Positions 20,011-29,383 of a stretch of 54,324 bases of DNA are shown piece by piece. Source of the stretch: Planctomycetota bacterium. Its GTDB lineage: Bacteria; Planctomycetota; Phycisphaerae; UBA1845. The notes under the pieces are model-generated. The model worked only from the letters and a program-made list of their open reading frames with translations, was not told the origin of the DNA and searched no databases. Position 1 is the first letter of the stretch; every line of letters begins with the position of its first letter. Both the position numbers and the translations under genes were made by a program. The stretch covers positions 1 to 54,324 of the forward strand of contig JAJRSR010000029.1 in NCBI GenBank assembly GCA_024278695.1, given 5' to 3'.

Positions 20011-21350
20011 TGTCCTGGGAATGGTCCATCGACGGTTGGATTGTGCTGGCCGGCGTGCTCAGCGCGTGCTCGTGTGCGTTGTTGGGTAACTTCCTCGTGC
20101 TTCGCCGGATGAGTCTCATGGGCGATGCCATTTCTCACGCGGTGCTTCCGGGTTTGGCGGCGGCGTTCTTGATTTCCTCCAGCCGCAGTGCGGTTCCGAT
20201 GTTCATCGGTGCGGTGGTCGTGGGGTTGCTGACGGCGTTGCTCACCCAGCTCATTACGCGGTTCGGTAAGGTCGAACAAGGTGCGGCGATGGGCGTTGTG
20301 TTTAGTATGCTTTTTGCGGTCGGGCTGGTGATGATTCGTCAGGCGGCCGACGCGGTCGATCTTGATCCGGGTTGTGTGCTGTACGGTGCGGTGGAGCAGA
20401 TACCGCTCGACGCGCTGGGCGGGGAAATCCCTTCGGCCATCATCAACCTGGCCATCGTTTTCGTTGCGAACGTGCTGTTTGTGGTTGTCTTTTTCAAGGA
20501 ACTGAAAATATCCGCATTTGATCCCGACCTAGCGACGACGCTCGGTTTTAATGCCAACCTGATGCACTATCTTCTTATGGTGATGGTGGCCGTCACGACT
20601 GTAGCGAACTTTGAAGCCGTCGGGTCCATACTTGTGATCGCGATGTTGATCGTGCCGGCCGTGACGGCGTACCTGTTGGCCGACCGGCTTGGCGTGATGA
20701 TTCTGCTGAGCGTGGTGGCGGCTGCGGTGGCTGCGGTCGTGGGGCATGTGTTGGCCGCGTTTGGACCGGGCTGGGTCGGGTCAGATATTTCGCTAAAGAC
20801 GGCTGCGATGATGGCGGTGGTTTCAGGTGCGATACTGGTGATCGTGATCTTCATCTCGCCGCAGTACGGTATGTTCTCGCGTGCGTACCACCGGTCTTTG
20901 CTCTCGGCGCAGATCGTTCGGCAGGACATACTCGGCTTGCTGTTTCGGTGGCAGGAACTCAAGCCTTTGGACGGCGCGCCCATGCACCGGAGTGAAGTGC
21001 TGGCGGCCGTGGGGAATACGTTTCTTGCGCGTCACGGGCTGCGAACCTTGGAACGGCGGCGAGCGATATCGGAGACGCCGTTTGGCTCCGGCCGTTTCGG
21101 GATCGAACTGACAGATGCGGGTCAGCGCGAGGCGCAGACGCTGGTCGGCGCACACCGCCTGTGGGAGTCGTACCTGGCAAAGCATTTCCAGCTAGCGGAC
21201 GATCACCTGCACGCGCCAGCCGAGCGGATGGAACATTATATCTCGGGTGAAATGCGAGACGCGCTGCGCGAGGATCTCACGGCCCCGACCCACGACCCAC
21301 ACGGGCGACCGATCCCGGAGATGCCCGACGAGCCCCAACGCCCATCATAA
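20007..21350 (+). CDS. Second metal ABC transporter permease (ABC-3 family), also fused to a C-terminal DtxR-like domain
   Basis: 447-aa ORF whose start overlaps the previous stop (ATGA). The core contains GDAISHAVLPGLA. The C-terminal part, aa 300-425 (nt 20904-21281), reads LTDAGQREAQTLVGAHRLWESYLAKHFQLADDHLHAPAERMEHYISGEMRDALRE. Confidence 0.9.
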   Translation: MMSWEWSIDGWIVLAGVLSACSCALLGNFLVLRRMSLMGDAISHAVLPGLAAAFLISSSRSAVPMFIGAVVVGLLTALLTQLITRFGKVEQGAAMGVVFSMLFAVGLVMIRQAADAVDLDPGCVLYGAVEQIPLDALGGEIPSAIINLAIVFVANVLFVVVFFKELKISAFDPDLATTLGFNANLMHYLLMVMVAVTTVANFEAVGSILVIAMLIVPAVTAYLLADRLGVMILLSVVAAAVAAVVGHVLAAFGPGWVGSDISLKTAAMMAVVSGAILVIVIFISPQYGMFSRAYHRSLLSAQIVRQDILGLLFRWQELKPLDGAPMHRSEVLAAVGNTFLARHGLRTLERRRAISETPFGSGRFGIELTDAGQREAQTLVGAHRLWESYLAKHFQLADDHLHAPAERMEHYISGEMRDALREDLTAPTHDPHGRPIPEMPDEPQRPS

Positions 21351-21398
21351 GCGGCGCGTGGCAGCTAGCACTCCGGCGATACGCAGACGCCGTGTGCG

Positions 21399-22805
21399 TT
21401 AGATCAGCGTGAAGTAGTTTTCGCAGGCGATGTCGAAACCCTCTGCGGACATGATGGGTTCAATGTCGAGGAATCGCGCCCGGTCGATGATTTGCAGGAG
21501 CAAATCTCGCGGCTGGCACGAGCGGAACGGCCGCTGCTTCACCCGATAGTGATGCTCGATGAGGTGGTCCAACGCTTGGTCGTTCATCTCCATGCCGAAC
21601 TGGTCGCTCATGATCTGAAAGAGCTTTCGGAACTCAAGCTCTGTGGGGTTGATGACGTTGATTTTATACGGAATGCGCCTAAGAAACGCGTCATCGACGA
21701 GCTCTTTGGGTTCAAGGTTGGTCGAAAAAACGATTAACTGATCGAACGGCACCTGGATTTTTTTTCCTGAGTTGAGCGCCAGGTAGTCATACCTTTTTTC
21801 AAGCGGTACGATCCAACGGTTGAGTAACTCGTCGGGGTTCATCGTCTGTCGACCAAAGTCGTCGATGACCAGCGTGCCGCAGTTGCTCTTGAGTTGTAGC
21901 GGTGCCTCGGTGATTTTCGTATGTGGGTCGTGGCGAAGCTCCAGCGATGTCATTTTCAGTTCACCACCGACCATGATGGTCGGTCTGAGAATCTTGATCC
22001 ACCGCGGATCATACGCCTCGCCTTTGACGATCGACATACCGGGTGCGCCGACAGCCTCATGGCTCTGCGGGTCGTACAGTTGGATGATTTCACCGTCGAC
22101 GAGGATCGTATAGGGAATCCAAATGGGTGTGCCGAAGGACCTGGTGATGCGCTCGGCGATACTCGTCTTGCCGTTGCCCGGAAAGCCGAAAAGAAACAAG
22201 CCCTTGCCGGAGTTGATCGCCGGGCCGAGTCGTTCGAGCATCGCGTCATTGATGAGCAGATCAGAAAAGGCATCACGAAGTTTATCCGCGCTCGGGTTCT
22301 CGTGTTTGATCGTTTGGGCGTGAACGGAATCAATATAGGTTTTGAGCGGCACGGGTGCCGGTCCGCAATAGGCGCACTCCTTGATATACCGGTTGGCCAG
22401 CGCACGACCATTGTCCGTGAGCGTGTACTCGAAGTCACCCATGGCCGCCTGGTTCTTGTAGACCACGAGCTGTCGCCCCTTGGCATCTGCGAGCAATTCC
22501 ATCGTGGACTTGCCCGGCAGACAAAGCGTGCGTGCGATGCCCCGTCCGGTGTCAACGCCGACGGCGAGCAGGTGCTTGAGCACGAGCGCCTCCGCCAGGG
22601 TGTCCGGGATACCCGCTTCACCATAGGTTTCAAAGATGAGCGGGTGGAACGGGAGCGGGTCGACCGGCATGTGAATCGCCGCTCCTTCCGGCATGGTTTC
22701 AGTGGACTCGCCGTTGTCAGGGGCATCGGCAGGACATGCCTCGGCCCGTTGGGCACCCGGCGGACGGCTCGCGGCGAAGGACGGTTTCGTTTGAATCGTA
22801 GTCAT
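21399..22805 (-). CDS. AAA+ ATPase with an N-terminal wHTH-like domain, function unknown
   Basis: The frame is open to 22865. I prefer ATG 22805 (MTTIQTK), which is preceded by GAGGAG. Motifs are Walker A GFPGNGKTS, Walker B LVIDDFG, sensor-1-like IVFSTN and the Arg region DDAFLRRIPY. The N-terminal 200 aa look like a winged helix (LVLKHLLAVGVDTGRGIARTLCLPGKSTMELL). Confidence 0.75.
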   Translation of the reverse strand: MTTIQTKPSFAASRPPGAQRAEACPADAPDNGESTETMPEGAAIHMPVDPLPFHPLIFETYGEAGIPDTLAEALVLKHLLAVGVDTGRGIARTLCLPGKSTMELLADAKGRQLVVYKNQAAMGDFEYTLTDNGRALANRYIKECAYCGPAPVPLKTYIDSVHAQTIKHENPSADKLRDAFSDLLINDAMLERLGPAINSGKGLFLFGFPGNGKTSIAERITRSFGTPIWIPYTILVDGEIIQLYDPQSHEAVGAPGMSIVKGEAYDPRWIKILRPTIMVGGELKMTSLELRHDPHTKITEAPLQLKSNCGTLVIDDFGRQTMNPDELLNRWIVPLEKRYDYLALNSGKKIQVPFDQLIVFSTNLEPKELVDDAFLRRIPYKINVINPTELEFRKLFQIMSDQFGMEMNDQALDHLIEHHYRVKQRPFRSCQPRDLLLQIIDRARFLDIEPIMSAEGFDIACENYFTLI

Positions 22806-22988
22806 CGTCGTCGTGCTCCTCGTGGCGTTGTGGCGAATCGGATGCGCACCTTGGGGGTGCAGCAAGCTAAGTATCGAATATGAAACCGGGAATGGCGTAG
22901 CGTGGCTGGTTGGTGGTCCGGCCGAAAAAACGCCGTATGATCCGAAAGCATCTTTGGGGTTGTGTGGTGTGGTCCGAGTGGGGCGAGG

Positions 22989-25190
22989 TTATTCGGACGG
23001 CGTTGATTGCGATGGGGTGGTGCGGGTGTGGTCCTGCTCGCTAGCGAATTGTGTGTCACACAATGAGCGGTATAGGACGCACCGTTCGTACAATTCTTGG
23101 TGCGTGCCGGTGTCGATCAAGCCGCCGCTTTCGAGCACAACGATACGATCGGCGAACTGAATCGTACTGAGGCGGTGGGCGATCATGATCGTTGTGCGGT
23201 CTTTCGAGAACTCCCGAAGCACGTTCTGGATGTTCTTTTCGGACTCCGAATCAATCTGACTGGTGGCTTCGTCAAAGATGAGAATGGGAGCGTCGCGGTA
23301 GATGGCCCGGGCTATGGCGATCCGCTGACGCTGACCGCCGGAGAGTGTGGAGCCACGTTCACCGAGGTTACCGTCGTATGTTCCAGGTAACGCTTCGATA
23401 AACTCATCGGCGTGAGCACGCCGGGCTGACTCGATGGCGCGGTCACGATCGGGTGACTCCGCGCCGTAGGCAATGTTCTCGAGCGGTGTGCACGCGAAGA
23501 TGATCGCGTCCTGGCTCACCAGGGCGATGGCACGGCGCAACGAGGCGAGTGCCACATGGGACAGCTCGACGCCATCAATCAAGATGCGACCCGCACTCGG
23601 ATCAAACATACGCGGGAGCAGCCCCACGAGCGTTGTCTTGCCGGACCCGTTGGGACCGACCAGAGCGACGGTCTCGCCGGCCTCAATCTTCAAATCAATT
23701 CCACGAAGCGCCGGCTGTTCGGCACCGGGATAGGTAAATGACACGTTGTCGAACGTGATCCCCTCTCGAACGTCGTTGATCTTCGCATCGGCGTGGCTGG
23801 TTTCTATGGGGGCATCCAAGACTTCAAACACGCGCTCCGCACCGGCGCTGGCGCGAATCAGACGTACATAGACTTCCGTGAGCTTACGCATCGGGTCGAA
23901 CAGCATCGAGATTGTCATACCGAGCATCACGAATTTCGACATCCCCAGGTGATGGTCAACGACTTGGCTCGCGAGCCAAACCGTGACCAAGCTGCCGCCC
24001 AAAGCCGCAAGCGACTCCATCAATGGACCGCCCAGTGCCTGCAACTTTGCCAACTTGAGTTGTTGCCGGTAGATGCGAAAGTCCACCCCCTTGAGCTTGC
24101 GGCGTTCGTGAGCCTCGGCCGTGTACGCCTTCACGACGCGGAGGTTTTGCAGGCTCGCGGTCAGAGCATCGATCATCGAGCAGTAGGCGACAAGCAGCTT
24201 GCGGTTCGCGTTTTTCACGCGTTTACCGATCCGCCAGAAGATGGCCAGTGCGATCGGACCCGCGATGATAATGGTCAGTGTCAGCCGCCAATCCAACGCC
24301 AACGCGAGCGACAAGATGAGCGCCGCACGAAGCGGTTCGCGAATGAACTTCGCAAACAGGCTCAACATGCCGCGCTGGACTTCCTGCATGTCTTGGACAA
24401 ACCGCCCGACGATGTCGGCCGTGGGTCGGCCGGAATAATACGCGAGCGGCAGCAGTAGCGACCGCTCGTAGAGTTGGCCCCGTAGATCCATCATGGCCAG
24501 CAGCACGCCCTTGGCGATGAACACCTCGCCGATATAGCGAAACGTGTTGGAAAGAACCACCGCAGCAATCAACGCGAGTAGAATGATCTTGAGTGTGCCG
24601 ATTTTGTCATCATCGATCCCAGGTGGAATCATTCGAGCCGCACGAAGCCAAAGGGTATCCAGCTTGCCGAGCGTGCGAACGTGCAGTGTAATCGTTTGCG
24701 GTGTGAGTGGTTGCACCGGGTTGGTCTTCGTGCTTGCGTCCGTGCGGTAAATAACTTCAAACTTAGTGCCATCTGCCGCAAAGGCGACTTCGTGTAGCCA
24801 GGCGGTGGCTGGTGCATCGCCCGGTGGCAGGAGCAACGCCCCCGGCGTCAGGTTGGCATCCCCAAGTACACCATCCGAACCCACCTTGACCAACAGCAGT
24901 TGCCGACCGTCACCCGGTGGTGCAAAGACCGCATCGAGACGCTTTCCTGCAAAGGATCGATCAATCCATCCTTGCAGTCCCTCTTGTTCCAGGAGGATTT
25001 TGAATACGGGGAATGCGGCACCGATGCTGGCCGTGTGCATGCAGGCGTAGGCCACTGTCGCCAGCAGCCCGATGATAAGCACACGCTTAAACTGCCACGT
25101 CAGCATCACGACGCGTTTGAACGGGCCGACGCGAAAACGCTCGCCGCTGCGTCCGGCTCTCTGTTCGATGGCGACTTGCGTCTTGCTCAT
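22989..25190 (-). CDS. ABC exporter (fused TMD-NBD, MsbA/lipid A flippase-like) with a large periplasmic insertion
   Basis: 733-aa ORF with Walker A GPNGSGKTT, signature LSGGQRQR, Walker B ILIFDEATS and H-loop IAHRLST. A non-TM segment of about 135 aa lies between TM1 and TM2 (aa 63-198, nt 24597-25004). The start lies 1 nt after the stop of the upstream GT1 gene. Confidence 0.9.
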   Translation of the reverse strand: MSKTQVAIEQRAGRSGERFRVGPFKRVVMLTWQFKRVLIIGLLATVAYACMHTASIGAAFPVFKILLEQEGLQGWIDRSFAGKRLDAVFAPPGDGRQLLLVKVGSDGVLGDANLTPGALLLPPGDAPATAWLHEVAFAADGTKFEVIYRTDASTKTNPVQPLTPQTITLHVRTLGKLDTLWLRAARMIPPGIDDDKIGTLKIILLALIAAVVLSNTFRYIGEVFIAKGVLLAMMDLRGQLYERSLLLPLAYYSGRPTADIVGRFVQDMQEVQRGMLSLFAKFIREPLRAALILSLALALDWRLTLTIIIAGPIALAIFWRIGKRVKNANRKLLVAYCSMIDALTASLQNLRVVKAYTAEAHERRKLKGVDFRIYRQQLKLAKLQALGGPLMESLAALGGSLVTVWLASQVVDHHLGMSKFVMLGMTISMLFDPMRKLTEVYVRLIRASAGAERVFEVLDAPIETSHADAKINDVREGITFDNVSFTYPGAEQPALRGIDLKIEAGETVALVGPNGSGKTTLVGLLPRMFDPSAGRILIDGVELSHVALASLRRAIALVSQDAIIFACTPLENIAYGAESPDRDRAIESARRAHADEFIEALPGTYDGNLGERGSTLSGGQRQRIAIARAIYRDAPILIFDEATSQIDSESEKNIQNVLREFSKDRTTIMIAHRLSTIQFADRIVVLESGGLIDTGTHQELYERCVLYRSLCDTQFASEQDHTRTTPSQSTPSE

Positions 25191-25191
25191 G

Positions 25192-26283
25192 CTATTTCGC
25201 TGCGGTGACCTGTCGGTAAAGTTCAGCGTATCGCGGTGCCAACACGCTCCAGTCGAGCCGGGCGTTGAAGCAATCCCGAGCCCCGGCCGCTTTCGCTAGC
25301 CGCGTCTGGTCGTCCATTTCCAATGCCTCGCGAAGCCCCATGCGGAGCGCCGCGCGCGTTGGTCCGCACACGGACACATGCTCGATGAGTTCATCGGGTA
25401 CCACATAATTCGTTGAGAGCACCGGCACGCCCATCGCGACGGCCTGCATGATCGACACTGCGGGGCGAATCCGCAAGCCGCCAGCCACCAAGAGCGACGC
25501 CTGCTTCAGCCAAGCGTGTTGCGCGGCAAGATCGGGTGCTGAGCTGAACACCACCCGATCCTCGCTGCCTTTTCGGCGAATGCCCGCCTCCAACATGGCC
25601 CGCCATTCGCCGTGCGTGGGTCCAGCGAGCACGAACCGCCAGCCGTTGGCCGCCTTGCCGATCTCGGCGAGGGACATGAGCACGGCCACCACACCCTCGA
25701 CGGGGTCAATCGGACCGAGCATCAGCAGGCAAGGGCCTTCTGCATCAGCATCGATCGTCGCGGGGGTAGTGTCATTGGCAAGGTCTGCGCTGTAGGGCAG
25801 TTGAACGACCAACCCGGTTGACGGGTGGTGGCTCAGTTCCTGCGCCTCGACCGTGTGAAGCGCCTGAACCGCCGCGGCCGAACGGAGCAGCGCCCGATCA
25901 CCAAACCCGCCGACGAGCCGCTGCTTGAGTGATCGACGGCTCCTGACCGCAGCGGAAAACGCGCCGAGCGGTGCGAGAATAAACGGCGTCCGTCGTTTTT
26001 GGGCGGCGCGAGCAAAGGCGGCGGATCCACGTTCGCTGAGCCCGTGAATGTGGACGACATCGGCGTTATCGATCAAACCTGCAGTCGCGTTTCTATCCCA
26101 GGGGTGGACGTTCCAGTTTTCGTTGTCGAAGGCGGTATCGACATCCGTGCGACCGTCCAAGACCGCTACGGTACCCGCGCAGTCCGAGTCGCCAAGAACG
26201 CGCAGCAGCCCAGGGAGCGCCACACCAACGGAGTCCGCCTGCGGCACAAGCGAATCGACAACATGCAATACTTGTAACGACAT
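25192..26283 (-). CDS. Glycosyltransferase, GT-B fold (family 1/4-like)
   Basis: The frame is open to GTG 26313. I prefer ATG 26283 (MSLQVLHVVDSL), which is typical of GT1 N-termini. The C-terminal half (LLVAGGLRIRPAVSIMQAVAMGVPVLSTN) resembles the GT1 nucleotide-sugar binding region. It lies in an operon with an LPS-type kinase and the exporter. Confidence 0.75.
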   Translation of the reverse strand: MSLQVLHVVDSLVPQADSVGVALPGLLRVLGDSDCAGTVAVLDGRTDVDTAFDNENWNVHPWDRNATAGLIDNADVVHIHGLSERGSAAFARAAQKRRTPFILAPLGAFSAAVRSRRSLKQRLVGGFGDRALLRSAAAVQALHTVEAQELSHHPSTGLVVQLPYSADLANDTTPATIDADAEGPCLLMLGPIDPVEGVVAVLMSLAEIGKAANGWRFVLAGPTHGEWRAMLEAGIRRKGSEDRVVFSSAPDLAAQHAWLKQASLLVAGGLRIRPAVSIMQAVAMGVPVLSTNYVVPDELIEHVSVCGPTRAALRMGLREALEMDDQTRLAKAAGARDCFNARLDWSVLAPRYAELYRQVTAAK

Positions 26284-26333
26284 CGTTAGGGTAGATTGTA
26301 TGCCGGAGTCCACTGACGCGGAAGAGACGCTTG

Positions 26334-27299
26334 CTAATCCCCCGCGTAGCCGTCTATCTTGTGTGACTTGCGTAGTGTCGATTTTTCGGCATAGCGTTCG
26401 GCCGCCCGCGCGAGCAAGCGAAACTCATGCCGCCAATCAGCAGTGGGTCGGTTTGGAGTTGTGCTGTCAGCATGGCGGTACGCCTTGAGAAAACGGACAT
26501 AATCGGTCCGCGTCATCGAGGCGTAGCTTCGTAAGCTGGCACCCAGGCGGACCAGCCGCTGCGTTTCACTTCGTGAACTGGCACCGCTTCGAGATAGCCC
26601 GTCCAGGTCGACGATCCACGCCTCCGGCTTGTGACCGGGTGTGTCCCAGTGCCGCAGAAGCACGTTGGACGCCTTAAGATCACGGTGGTGCCACCCGCCG
26701 CTTGTCAGACCAAGAAACAACTCCGCGACCGCGTGGATGATGTCGCGCTTGATGGAATGGGCGTGGTCCGGGTCCACCTGCGGCAGCAAACTAAGGGCGA
26801 TATGATCGAGATCGACAAGGTCCGGAGCGAACATCGTCATCCACCACGATTCGCGTTTGGGTTTGCTGCGCGCTATCCATGCGAGCGGTACCGCTGTCGA
26901 AACGCCCGAGGCCAGCAGTTCCGCCGCGCGGTCAAAGTTCCGTTGCGCACGCGATCCGGTCAGCATGGCCGATATCCGAGCCCCAGCGCTGAAAGGGGTG
27001 TGGTGCTTGGCGACCACTTCAAGCCGGCCACCTTCACACGCGAGCGCGCCGTGCAAGACCTCGGCACCGCGTGAGTATTTTAGCGTGACGGCTTGATCGA
27101 TCGAAAATGGGTCATTCACGAATGTTTGCAGGGCAGCCTGCCACGCTGGCAATGTGGGTAGGGAGTGTTCGGTGGTTTCGCCCTGTATTCGCAAAGCCAC
27201 GCGCCCATGCCACCCGCCGGGAAGATCAATCGCTTCCATGTCGATTCGCGTGGCGCGTTGTGGCGGCGCGGGTTTCGACGGGGGTGGTACGCTTGCCAT
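26334..27299 (-). CDS. Lipopolysaccharide kinase (Kdo/WaaP/InaA) family protein
   Basis: The frame is open to 27374, but that start would overlap the upstream gene. ATG 27299 (MASVPPP) avoids the overlap. It has the catalytic loop HRDLKASNVLL and the motif IVDLDG, with an overall eukaryotic-like kinase fold pattern. Confidence 0.75.
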   Translation of the reverse strand: MASVPPPSKPAPPQRATRIDMEAIDLPGGWHGRVALRIQGETTEHSLPTLPAWQAALQTFVNDPFSIDQAVTLKYSRGAEVLHGALACEGGRLEVVAKHHTPFSAGARISAMLTGSRAQRNFDRAAELLASGVSTAVPLAWIARSKPKRESWWMTMFAPDLVDLDHIALSLLPQVDPDHAHSIKRDIIHAVAELFLGLTSGGWHHRDLKASNVLLRHWDTPGHKPEAWIVDLDGLSRSGASSRSETQRLVRLGASLRSYASMTRTDYVRFLKAYRHADSTTPNRPTADWRHEFRLLARAAERYAEKSTLRKSHKIDGYAGD

Positions 27300-27315
27300 G
27301 AATCTCTCGTTCCGG

Positions 27316-29241
27316 CTATTGGCTTTCGGCTCGCTCCTGCCAGACTTTGTCAAGTTCTGCGAGCGTGCGTTCAATTTCGGAAGCCGCTTCTTTTAGTTCG
27401 CTAAGGGTGTCGGGATCTCGGTAGACCTCCGGCTCGTTGAAACGCTCGTGCAATGCCGCCAGCTTTCCTTCGTGTTCGATGACCAATGCCTCAATGGCCT
27501 CGATCGAGCGGTGGTCGTGCTCGTTTGATCTTACCTTCTTCGTGGTGGTGTTGCGTTTTTGCTGCTGCCTTTTCTTTTTTGCGGTTTTGGTCTCGGTGTC
27601 TGTGGCACGCGTTTTCTTCGCTTCGAGCCACTCAAGATACGACGTGTAGTTTCCGGTGTGTCGCGTCACGCCTTCCGGTCGAATCACGAGCATCCGCGTG
27701 GCCATCTGGTCCAGGAAGTAGCGATCATGGCTCACGGCGATGACCGTGCCGGGGAAATCGGCGAGCGCCCGCTCGAGCGCCTCACGCGAGGGAATGTCCA
27801 GATGGTTGGTCGGTTCATCGAGCACCAGCACGTCAGGAGCTTTGCGGATCAGCGTGGCCAACCGTACGCGTGACTGCTCGCCGCCGGAAAGCTTGGAGAC
27901 CAGCTTGAACGCGTCGTTTCCAGTGAACAGAAACCGTCCAAGGTAGGCGCGGGCTTGCTCCTCGGTAAGCGTCGGGTCGTTGGCCCGAAACTCCTCGACC
28001 ACGGTGCGAGTTGGGTCCATTTCGTTATGATCTTGGGAGTAATAGCCGATGGTGGGTGACCCTTCGATCTCGACGGTTCCGGATAACGGCTCCTGCTGCC
28101 CGAGAATAATTTTCAGCAGCGTGGTTTTTCCCGTGCCGTTAGGGCCGGTGATCCCGAGTCGCTCACCGATGGGCAGTTGAAAGCTCAGGTCCGTGAAAAG
28201 CGTTTTGTCACCAAATCCCATCGCCAGATCGTCGCCGCGCACGGCCGTGGGTCCGGTCGATCGGTTCTTGTCCGTGCCGTCAAAGCTGATGCCGGCCGTT
28301 CGCTGGCCCTTCGTTGCCTCTGTGACAAACTCACCGGCTTTAAGTCGCCTTTCGAGTCGCGTTCGCCGGCCTTTGGCCTCGGCGGTGCGTTGTCCGGACA
28401 TGTGCTTGGCGATGAACGCGCGTTCTTTCTTGATGAACGCGTCATCTTTTTCCAACTGCCGCTTTTCAGTCAGCAGGCGACGCTCCTTCGTCTCGGCGAA
28501 GTTGCTGTAGTTGCCGGGGTAGCTGTAGACGTTTTTGTTGGAGACCTCGATGATGCGTGAGCAGATCAGGTCGAGCAAGTAGCGATCGTGAGAGATCACC
28601 ACCGCGCCGCCTCGGTGTCCGCCCAGGAATCGTTCCAGCCAGCGCACCGCATCAATATCTAAATGATTGGTAGGCTCATCCATAAGAAGCATGGGTCTGT
28701 CTTCGAGCAGCAACTTGGCCAGCGCCGCGCGGCACTTTTGTCCGCCTGACATGGTGGATAACGTCTGGGAACCGTCGGTCTCGCTGAACCCGAGCCCGCT
28801 AAGGATCTCGCTGAGACGCGTCTCAAACCCGTGGCCGCCGGCCGCGATGAACTCGGAGTTGACGCGGTCATACCGATCAAGCAGCTTCGTGAGTTCTTCC
28901 CCAGGCTCGGCATGGGCCATTTGATCCGACAGCTCATGCATGCGATCTTCCAACGCCAGAAGTTCCGTAAACACGCTGCCGACTTCATCGTGCAACGTCT
29001 TATCGCCATCAAGCTCCGGCTCCTGCTTCAGATGGCCGATGGATGACCGCTTGGCGCGCGTGATCTCGCCCAAATCCTGCTTCAGCTCACCGGTGATCAG
29101 GCGAAACAGCGTGGTTTTTCCGGCACCATTCACCCCCACAAGCCCGACCGTTTCACCCTCGCGAATCTCCAAGGAGGCCCCGCTGAGCACGACGTTGGTG
29201 CCAAATTGCTTGGTGACATTATTTAAGCGAACCACAGCCAT
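27316..29241 (-). CDS. ABC-F family ATPase (translation-associated; Uup/YheS/EttA-like)
   Basis: It has two NBDs: GVNGAGKTTL/MSGGQKCR/LLMDEPTNHLD and GPNGTGKTTL/LSGGEQSR/LVLDEPTNHLD. They are joined by a linker, and there is a Lys-rich C-terminal coiled coil. I prefer ATG 29241 (MAVVRLNNV) over TTG 29262, because a TTGTAA-16-TATGAT promoter ends 9 nt upstream of it. Confidence 0.92.
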   Translation of the reverse strand: MAVVRLNNVTKQFGTNVVLSGASLEIREGETVGLVGVNGAGKTTLFRLITGELKQDLGEITRAKRSSIGHLKQEPELDGDKTLHDEVGSVFTELLALEDRMHELSDQMAHAEPGEELTKLLDRYDRVNSEFIAAGGHGFETRLSEILSGLGFSETDGSQTLSTMSGGQKCRAALAKLLLEDRPMLLMDEPTNHLDIDAVRWLERFLGGHRGGAVVISHDRYLLDLICSRIIEVSNKNVYSYPGNYSNFAETKERRLLTEKRQLEKDDAFIKKERAFIAKHMSGQRTAEAKGRRTRLERRLKAGEFVTEATKGQRTAGISFDGTDKNRSTGPTAVRGDDLAMGFGDKTLFTDLSFQLPIGERLGITGPNGTGKTTLLKIILGQQEPLSGTVEIEGSPTIGYYSQDHNEMDPTRTVVEEFRANDPTLTEEQARAYLGRFLFTGNDAFKLVSKLSGGEQSRVRLATLIRKAPDVLVLDEPTNHLDIPSREALERALADFPGTVIAVSHDRYFLDQMATRMLVIRPEGVTRHTGNYTSYLEWLEAKKTRATDTETKTAKKKRQQQKRNTTTKKVRSNEHDHRSIEAIEALVIEHEGKLAALHERFNEPEVYRDPDTLSELKEAASEIERTLAELDKVWQERAESQ

Positions 29242-29250
29242 AGTGCTGTC

Positions 29251-29278
29251 ATCATAGGGCAAAGAGGGATGGTTACAA
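29251..29278 (-). promoter_or_regulatory. Candidate promoter of the ABC-F operon, implying a leaderless mRNA
   Basis: The minus strand reads TTGTAA (29278-29273), a 16-nt spacer and TATGAT (29256-29251). ATG 29241 lies 9 nt downstream of the -10 box. Confidence 0.4.
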
Positions 29279-29383
29279 TCTGCCGAGCGCGTCTGCGGCT
29301 TGGACTGATCGTCACCGGGGCTTACGCCGCAGAGGTTTCACGGTTAACGATCATGGTTGAGATTACAGCTCAGGCGTGGGGTT

